A DNA stretch of 52,350 nucleotides. Source: a virus (taxonomy: Duplodnaviria; Caudoviricetes). The notes below the pieces were generated by a model that worked only from the letters and a program-made list of their open reading frames with translations, did not search any database and was not told the origin of the DNA. Of the stretch, positions 45,884 to 52,350 are shown piece after piece (the first letter of the stretch is position 1; each line of letters begins with the position of its first letter). The translations under genes were made by a program, and so were the position numbers. Where the stretch lies: positions 1 to 52,350 of IMG/VR virus record IMGVR_UViG_3300038551_000101. The stretch is one strand, 5' to 3'.

Positions 45884-46386
45884 AAGTTCGTCCCTCCCGG
45901 CTGCAATGGTGTGCCGTTCACATCAACTGATCCTTTCAAACTAATAGTCCCGTTAATAACAACTTTCCCTCCACCAATCGTCATCGTTGCACCACCAGAC
46001 TTTTCACCAACCACGAGTTTGTCTACATCAGCAGCAGGTAAATCATTCGTGAACAGATTAATTCCGCATACTACAATCGCATCATCTACCGCGAGCATAC
46101 GTTGGCTTGCAGGGTTGTTAGATTGATACATAATGTTATCTATTTCTCTTTGCACAAAAACCACTAGCACGGTATCTCCGCGTTTATATGGCATTCTAAT
46201 AAAATACTCTGCTGTTTGTTGTATTCCAACTGGTACTGACTTGATAAGAGTATCTCCAGGAAGTAGCTTCACATCGGCTTTTGATTTGATAGGATCATAA
46301 CTGACTATTTCTCCAATCGCGCATGTATTTAAGCCGCCGACCACTTTGTCTTTAAATCTTCGGAAAAAGTCATTTGCTTCTTTCAT
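45880..46386 (-). CDS. Baseplate spike (Gp138-like)
   Basis: GDTVLVVFVQREID...DAIV. Confidence 0.75.
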   Translation of the reverse strand: MKEANDFFRRFKDKVVGGLNTCAIGEIVSYDPIKSKADVKLLPGDTLIKSVPVGIQQTAEYFIRMPYKRGDTVLVVFVQREIDNIMYQSNNPASQRMLAVDDAIVVCGINLFTNDLPAADVDKLVVGEKSGGATMTIGGGKVVINGTISLKGSVDVNGTPLQPGGTNF

Positions 46387-47210
46387 ACTGGATACACTTC
46401 CATTTCAGTGAAGTACGTGTTTCCATTTGCTTTGTGTCTGCCTTTCTCCACTCTGAAAAGACCATTTGCCGTTTTAGATTTAATTTGTAAGATACTATCC
46501 GTTGTAATTTGGTGGTGGAGCAGGGATACTACCTTAAACCCTTTCATTACAATCTTCTTTTTATTCTCATCAATACCGACTTCATAACTACTTTCTATAG
46601 GTGAAGGTGTACCGATTAACCCATGTTCTTTGTCCAGGATAAAACCAATTCTGTCACCGTCAAATTTATCTCGAATAAAGATACTTCCACGGTTTACATG
46701 CATTTTTGCTCCACAATCTTTTGCTACTTCGCCAATGGCTTGCCCTAGCATCGTTTTAATGGTCTTAGCATTCTTATACACAACATTTATTGGTAAAATA
46801 AAAGACCCAATCTGCAATCCACTCATGCTGATTAGGTCACTTAATACTTGTTTTCCCGTTATATTTTCTGCATAGGTTTTATCCACCCACTGCTCCATCC
46901 ATTTATCATTTACATCTATAACTTTTATCTTCGTAATTTTATCCACGCCACTCCATTCAGTACGCGGATTTCTGACAAATCCAACTAGAATAGCTCCTAC
47001 ATCCGATTGATACCCAGCGTTTAAAATAACGGGTTGTCTATCTTGTATGCTATTAATAGTGGAATCTTTTAAATTATATATTTCAATTTCGGATATATTC
47101 GGATCAGAACCATCGTCAAATGGTACATCGAAATTTATAGTAAAGTCTTCGTTTTTAAAGACGGAACTTCCAATAATTGCTTCATATTTGCGCCCCCATA
47201 ACAAACTCAT
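46383..47210 (-). CDS. Baseplate hub protein
   Basis: IEIYNL, LNAGY, GLIGTP. Confidence 0.75.
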   Translation of the reverse strand: MSLLWGRKYEAIIGSSVFKNEDFTINFDVPFDDGSDPNISEIEIYNLKDSTINSIQDRQPVILNAGYQSDVGAILVGFVRNPRTEWSGVDKITKIKVIDVNDKWMEQWVDKTYAENITGKQVLSDLISMSGLQIGSFILPINVVYKNAKTIKTMLGQAIGEVAKDCGAKMHVNRGSIFIRDKFDGDRIGFILDKEHGLIGTPSPIESSYEVGIDENKKKIVMKGFKVVSLLHHQITTDSILQIKSKTANGLFRVEKGRHKANGNTYFTEMEVYPV

Positions 47211-47515
47211 GATATTCCCCCAATCTCTAATAGCACCGTCTTACCTAAGTTTTCAAAGGTGACTCTTGTTTCACTACCACTATTATCCTTAGGAGTAATT
47301 GTTACTTTTGGGAGTCGCTTATCATTCAGCGCATAGAATAGCGGTAAATCTAGCACAACTTTTTCACCTGCTACGATAACCTGTCCTTCTTTTTCAAGTC
47401 CAATTGTGAAAAAGTCAAACCGCCTATTATAATGCACTTCAAATGTAAATAACTCTTTTGCTAGTTCCATTTCAAAACGGTACGGAATCTCTTCTTTCGT
47501 AATTTCAATATGCAC
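47207..47515 (-). CDS. Small baseplate protein
   Basis: FEVHYNRRFDFFTI; synteny. Confidence 0.7.
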   Translation of the reverse strand: MHIEITKEEIPYRFEMELAKELFTFEVHYNRRFDFFTIGLEKEGQVIVAGEKVVLDLPLFYALNDKRLPKVTITPKDNSGSETRVTFENLGKTVLLEIGGIS

Positions 47516-47523
47516 GATATCAC

Positions 47524-47943
47524 CTACCCTGTAGGTTGTTTGCGTCCTGCTGAAGATACCGCTTTTGTTTGCATCGCTTCAGCTAAAACAGACGGTTTAG
47601 CAATCCGCACTGCCACTAAGGTCATGCTGAATTTTAAACCGCCTTTTACATCTACATCATGTGTAGTATTAAAACTTTCAATAACAACATTGAACCAACC
47701 ATTTCTGTAAATATAATTCAATAACTTCCCTTGTTTTTGATAAGACATTAACTTTAACAATCTCGCTGAAGCATCCGGCCCAGTGAGAACCCCGCTTAAA
47801 TCCATTTTATCTGTTTCACGTTCTACGTGATCCGCAATGGATTCACCGTCTTCAATTGGATGTTCTGTCACTTTCACTCCATACTTAGGGTTCTCACTGT
47901 AAACTGTATCTAAAATAATGTCACCTAGCTTTGCTTTTGGCAC
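47524..47943 (-). CDS. Tail tube initiator / Dit-like protein
   Basis: VTEHPIEDG..IADH; follows tape measure. Confidence 0.7.
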   Translation of the reverse strand: MPKAKLGDIILDTVYSENPKYGVKVTEHPIEDGESIADHVERETDKMDLSGVLTGPDASARLLKLMSYQKQGKLLNYIYRNGWFNVVIESFNTTHDVDVKGGLKFSMTLVAVRIAKPSVLAEAMQTKAVSSAGRKQPTG

Positions 47944-47955
47944 AAGACCACCTAC

Positions 47956-50900
47956 CTATGTTGCTAGATTCAATTCATCCCAAAGTTCTCTCAAAGCCTT
48001 TTTCGTTTCTTCTTTTACCTGTTGAGCAATTGAAGCATCTCCATTGCTATTAACATGAATAACAACCTGTGGTGCAAATGTAGTGCCTGAAGAATTCCCT
48101 CCACCGCCACCACCATTTCCACGAGACGGGCTATCTTTTTCCAGATTCAGTGTAGGTCTTGATCCAGTTGTACCTAATATCCCAGCTTCTCGTAAAGCGT
48201 TCGATTGTCGAGCGGTTAATACTGCTTCATCCTTATGGAGAATCGCTTTATATCCGTCAAACGGTACTTGTGCAAGACCTGTAGCGTGACTTCCATCTGC
48301 TCCACCGCCAGGCATCCAAGAAGGAAGAGAAGGGAATTTAAATGATGGCATTTTGAAACTCTTAATGGCTCCAACAAAACCGTCCCAGGCTCCTTTTGCT
48401 CGATCTATAAAGTTGAATAACGGACTAAAGAAATTCGAGACGGCTGTTTTGGCTGAATCCATCGCGTTACTGATAACATCTTTTACAGAATTCCAAACCG
48501 ACGTCGTGACGGACTTTACAGTATCGAAATTACTCTTTATCGCGTTGTAAATACTTGTCACTATTTGAGTTACAATTCCGACAGCTGCGTTGAACGCCGA
48601 CTGTATCGCCGATGTGACCGCCGTCCAAATTGTACGGGCTGTGTTTAGTACGTTGTTAAAGGTCGTAGTGATTGCGGTCCAAATTTGGGTTGCTATTTGA
48701 ACGACGTAATTCCACGCCATTGTAAAGAAAGTCTGTATAGCCGATGCGACCGCCGTCCAAATCGTGATAGCCGTTGTAAGGATATTAGTAAAAACTGTAG
48801 AAATAGTTGTCCAAATTGCCGTAGCTATCGTGACTATATAGGACCAAATAGTTGAGAAAATCGTAGTGATCGCCGTAACTATCGCCGTCCAAATTGTAAC
48901 CGCCGTCGTCCATATAGCCGTAAAGACAGTTGTAATTCCAGTCCAAATTGCTGTCGCTATCGCAACTATACCCGCCCACAATTGCGTGAATACTGTAACT
49001 ATTGTCGTTACTATTAAATTCCAAACAACCGACGCCGTTGTAACTATCATATTCCAAATATTAGTTAACCCTGTCCAAATCTGCATAGCTGTTTCAACTA
49101 CCCATGAAACTAACGATGACCATAACATCTGTACTACGACTGTCAAGAACGTCCAAAACGTAGTCGCGTCCATAACAAGTTGATTCCACCACGTCGCAAT
49201 TCCTGTGACAAACGATTCAACGCCCGACGAAACCCATTCGACCGCTGCGTCCCAAGCTTCACCAATCGACGTCATGATGTTATTCCAGGTTTCTTTTGTC
49301 CACTCAACTAAGGATGACCACGCCTCGGAAATAGCCGCCCATAACTCGGCTGCCTTTGCCTTTACAGTATCCCAATTCATCCATAAAGCAACACCGATTG
49401 CAATAAGTGCAGCGATTGCAACAACAATCCACGTTATCGGACTTGCTAACATAGCTGTATTTAATCCCCATTGCGCTAACGTCGCCATAACCGTTCCTGC
49501 ACGCCATGCAACCATTAACTGATTTATAACACTGATAATTTGCAATCCTTTCATGATTAACAAGAACGAACCAACGCCCGCCGCTAATGAAACGAATACA
49601 GTCGAAATCCCTTGCCAGTTGTCTTTTATCGTTGTCCCTGCATCAATCATCGTTGTAACTACATCCGTAAGACCTGGTGTTAACTCGCTAATCTTTTGTG
49701 TAATACCTTCAAACGCTGCTAGAACAATTTCACCTAGTGGCGCCGCAGCTTTGATGATGTCACCGAATATGTTCGCGATATTACCTAATGTATCCCATAA
49801 AACCGGACCATTCGTTTGCACATATTCCACGAAATTCTGAAACGCCGGGTTGCTGCTTAGTGTATTTGCCCATGTGCTGAATTTTTCTGTAATGCCTAAA
49901 AGACCGCTTTCCATTTGCTTTCCTAGTGGTGTAAAGGCTTGTAATAGTCCGAATATACCGTTAAATGTATTCCCGAATATGTGTGACCAATTATACAAGC
50001 TACTTGATGCCGTTGTACTTAGCCATTCAAAGAAACTATTCAGACCTCCACCGCTAACGAACCCGTTTAACTCTTCTAATAATTGAGTGACAACCGCACT
50101 CACATTGCCAATCGTAGGCGCTAAACCTGTTAACATGGACTGTGCTAACTTTAGACCCTGGTTAAAAGCATCGAAAATAGGATTCTCAAATTGCTTTGTA
50201 AAGTCGCCCCAAAATGACTTGAATTCCTGTAATTCTTGCAATGCCCCACGCTGCGATGCACTCATACCTTCGTATAGTTCTGCTAATTCCTTTTGGGCGG
50301 CTATTCGTTCTTTTGCACTATCGGCGTTATCAATCTTTTCTTGTATTTGGTCAACTTTCGTTGCTGATTCAAATACTTGACCTAAAACACTAACCGCAAC
50401 TGCTCCATATGCAGCGGCTCCAATTCCTGCTGCTCCAAATGATGCAGCTATTCCCATTATTCCTGCTATAAGTGGTGCACCCATAGCCGTACCAAGTGCG
50501 GTTAATGCTCCAATCGCAATTGTGATAAGTCCTATTTTTAAAGCTGACCCTTCCGCTTGATCACCAACATTATCCACTTCTCTTGCTGCATCTCGAGCGG
50601 CCCTTTCTAGTTCTCGCATAGATGCGCTACCCGTTGCACCCATTGCGCCCATCGCTGCTGAAGCTTCACCCGCTTGATCGCCTACTTCATCTAATGCACT
50701 TGCTGTTTGGTCTGCCTGACTCTCAACGCCATCAAGCATCCCGTCTCCTACTGCTGCCATTGCTGCTAAACCAGAAGCGGCTCCTTGTGCTTCATCCCCT
50801 ATTTCATCAATCGCACTTGCTGCGCTATGTGCTTCTGAAGATATTTCATCAAATGACGCACTGCCAACTGCTGCAATCTCAGCAAATTCAGCCATTACTT

Positions 50901-51030
50901 CATCAATTTCATTTCCCATTTCTTCAAGAGCATCTTCTATATCATCAACGTCTCGCTCTATTCGGTCTAAAATGCCCATATCGACATTATCAAAGTCAAT
51001 GCTAACTATTAACTCACGTAATGATCCCAT
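47956..51030 (-). CDS. Tape measure protein
   Basis: 1024 aa, Ala-rich with 11/22-aa Trp periodicity; SHATGL...LHKDEAVLT. Confidence 0.92.
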   Translation of the reverse strand: MGSLRELIVSIDFDNVDMGILDRIERDVDDIEDALEEMGNEIDEVMAEFAEIAAVGSASFDEISSEAHSAASAIDEIGDEAQGAASGLAAMAAVGDGMLDGVESQADQTASALDEVGDQAGEASAAMGAMGATGSASMRELERAARDAAREVDNVGDQAEGSALKIGLITIAIGALTALGTAMGAPLIAGIMGIAASFGAAGIGAAAYGAVAVSVLGQVFESATKVDQIQEKIDNADSAKERIAAQKELAELYEGMSASQRGALQELQEFKSFWGDFTKQFENPIFDAFNQGLKLAQSMLTGLAPTIGNVSAVVTQLLEELNGFVSGGGLNSFFEWLSTTASSSLYNWSHIFGNTFNGIFGLLQAFTPLGKQMESGLLGITEKFSTWANTLSSNPAFQNFVEYVQTNGPVLWDTLGNIANIFGDIIKAAAPLGEIVLAAFEGITQKISELTPGLTDVVTTMIDAGTTIKDNWQGISTVFVSLAAGVGSFLLIMKGLQIISVINQLMVAWRAGTVMATLAQWGLNTAMLASPITWIVVAIAALIAIGVALWMNWDTVKAKAAELWAAISEAWSSLVEWTKETWNNIMTSIGEAWDAAVEWVSSGVESFVTGIATWWNQLVMDATTFWTFLTVVVQMLWSSLVSWVVETAMQIWTGLTNIWNMIVTTASVVWNLIVTTIVTVFTQLWAGIVAIATAIWTGITTVFTAIWTTAVTIWTAIVTAITTIFSTIWSYIVTIATAIWTTISTVFTNILTTAITIWTAVASAIQTFFTMAWNYVVQIATQIWTAITTTFNNVLNTARTIWTAVTSAIQSAFNAAVGIVTQIVTSIYNAIKSNFDTVKSVTTSVWNSVKDVISNAMDSAKTAVSNFFSPLFNFIDRAKGAWDGFVGAIKSFKMPSFKFPSLPSWMPGGGADGSHATGLAQVPFDGYKAILHKDEAVLTARQSNALREAGILGTTGSRPTLNLEKDSPSRGNGGGGGGNSSGTTFAPQVVIHVNSNGDASIAQQVKEETKKALRELWDELNLAT

Positions 51031-51043
51031 TCTTCACGCCCCT

Positions 51044-51274
51044 TTACTTTGGGGTTTTTGGCATTTTATTTTTCATATTCTTTTCCGTTATGCCGATCGC
51101 AGCTAAAGATTCCATAATATCTTCTGCATCCCATGTTTTTACTTCTTGGGGACTAATATAATAGTGGGCTGCAATTACATGCGCCCACCAAAATTTTGCT
51201 GCTCTTTGAATAAAGCGCTTATCGACACTTTTGATGTCAGTAAGCGCTCGTAATTCCTTATTTTCCTTGTTGAA
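51044..51274 (-). CDS. Frameshift extension of the tail assembly chaperone (GT-like)
   Basis: Open +1 frame FNKENKELRALTDIK...WDAEDIMESLAAI...PK* with no own RBS. Confidence 0.6.
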   Translation of the reverse strand, partial: FNKENKELRALTDIKSVDKRFIQRAAKFWWAHVIAAHYYISPQEVKTWDAEDIMESLAAIGITEKNMKNKMPKTPK

Positions 51275-51518
51275 ATCGCATTGCTGATATTACCACATCG
51301 TCTAATTCGGCTGAATTATCAAAGTCATCCAGTGTCACTTTAGGTTGTACAACAATATTCTCTAGTACCGCAGAATAAAGTGATCTACGTTTACTCCCTT
51401 TGTTTTCATCAACTTCATCCATAATATCTAACCAAGTAGAAGGCGCTACCTTTTGGAATAGATATTCTTTCTTCTCTACTTTACTAATGTGTTTCTTTGT
51501 TTTTTTATTTTCTGCCAT
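51258..51518 (-). CDS. Tail assembly chaperone
   Basis: 86 aa between tube and tape measure. Confidence 0.75.
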   Translation of the reverse strand: MAENKKTKKHISKVEKKEYLFQKVAPSTWLDIMDEVDENKGSKRRSLYSAVLENIVVQPKVTLDDFDNSAELDDVVISAMRFQQGK

Positions 51519-51550
51519 GTTATAGGCTCCTCTCTATTTCTATCTATTTA

Positions 51551-51949
51551 TCAAAGTGCTGAATAATCAGCTACATAAACTTGCACTTCCACACCACTTA
51601 CTTCTGCTCCAAATTCCGTAGATGGTGTCTTAAGGACACGGCACTCATTACCACCAGCTTTAAATTTGCTATCATTCGCATCAATAACTTGAATCGGGAA
51701 GTTACGTTTTTCTTTAGATAATTTACGTAGTTTCGGTAATGAAGCAGATGTATGTTTGAGTGTAATTGTAATTGTCCCTGTATCATCAGCACTTTCAGCA
51801 AATGTCACATCACCATGCGCTCCAACATGTGGAATCACGTTATCTTCATTTTTTTCACAGTTTACAAAAGTACCATCCATGAACCCAACCATAAATTCAC
51901 CGTCAACAATGACACTTACTTTCTTTGGATCATAAGAATCTACTGCCAT
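51551..51949 (-). CDS. Tail tube protein (DUF3277-like)
   Basis: YDPKKVSVIVDG...GTITITLKHTS. Confidence 0.85.
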   Translation of the reverse strand: MAVDSYDPKKVSVIVDGEFMVGFMDGTFVNCEKNEDNVIPHVGAHGDVTFAESADDTGTITITLKHTSASLPKLRKLSKEKRNFPIQVIDANDSKFKAGGNECRVLKTPSTEFGAEVSGVEVQVYVADYSAL

Positions 51950-51973
51950 ATTGTATAAACCTCCCTAAAATGA

Positions 51974-52350
51974 TTAAATTTTTAATACACCTCTAATTTT
52001 CGCGTTCTCAATCGCACCTGCAATCTCTGCTTCCCATTCCAAATCAGGAAGGATTCGTTGCGCTCTATCGTTCGTGCTTACTTCTGCACGAGTAGGAGCG
52101 GCAATGCTATAAAGCGGGTTCTCATCTTTATCCCTTGCGATAATTCCCTGATTCACACCAGCTTTTAGTGTTTTCTCCATTTCCGCTACTACTAAAGCTA
52201 TACCAGCATCAGTAAACGGAACTTTAGGTAGTCGAGCCAATAAACCGAATACTGCTTCTGTCATTCGAGCTTTTAAGAAATATTGCCCTTGCAGAATATC
52301 GATGTACTCACCGGACGCTGTAATACCCTTTGAAGTAATGTTCACGCCAC
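51974..52350 (-). CDS. Tail sheath protein, C-terminal part
   Basis: GEYIDI...KVPFTDAGI...DRAQR...AGAI; open to the window end. Confidence 0.85.
   Translation of the reverse strand, partial: GVNITSKGITASGEYIDILQGQYFLKARMTEAVFGLLARLPKVPFTDAGIALVVAEMEKTLKAGVNQGIIARDKDENPLYSIAAPTRAEVSTNDRAQRILPDLEWEAEIAGAIENAKIRGVLKI

Larger units (their letters stand above)
1..52350. mobile_element. Temperate Bacillus cereus-group myovirus with plasmid maintenance genes (phage-plasmid), nearly complete
   Basis: Full set of head, contractile tail, lysis, replication and immunity modules. Rep, ParA and a dif-like site present; no integrase seen. Sheath gene spans both window ends. Low GC, Bacillus-type RBSs. 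Confidence 0.9.

Noticed and set aside
48590-49150. 66-bp periodic repeats (GTCCAAAT...)
   Set aside because: Ordinary 22-aa tape-measure repeats.
1695-51958. Numerous plus-strand ORFs overlapping structural and replication genes
   Set aside because: Antisense shadow frames of well-supported minus-strand genes.

Overview
The window is a nearly complete ~52 kb temperate Bacillus cereus-group myovirus that appears to persist as a plasmid (phage-plasmid). There is no integrase. It carries an AEP-type plasmid Rep with a downstream repeat origin, a ParA plus small adaptor pair and a Xer/dif-like site. The tail sheath gene is split across the two window ends. Almost all genes are on the minus strand: lytic replication (initiator, DnaC-like loader, dUTPase, ThyX), an ArpU-like late activator, packaging and head genes, a contractile tail, two fibre-type proteins and lysis genes. 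The lysogeny region holds an arbitrium system: aimR, an unannotated aimP ending in ...YMDPNPGGG, and a candidate 54-aa aimX-position ORF converging on cI. It also has three 17-bp cI/cro operators, a LexA box and a structured antisense RNA over the aimR leader. Most notable observations: (1) about ten copies of a short imperfect palindrome at gene junctions across 13.3-16.3 kb, resembling an integron-like cassette array; (2) a ~930-nt hairpin-packed non-coding region after the late activator, leading to a Tad2-like/Acb2-like anti-defence pair; (3) a VirB2-like/membrane/large ATPase module with non-canonical Walker motifs; (4) tandem Spo0A boxes before a moron operon. Family calls come from motif recognition by eye; no searches were run.
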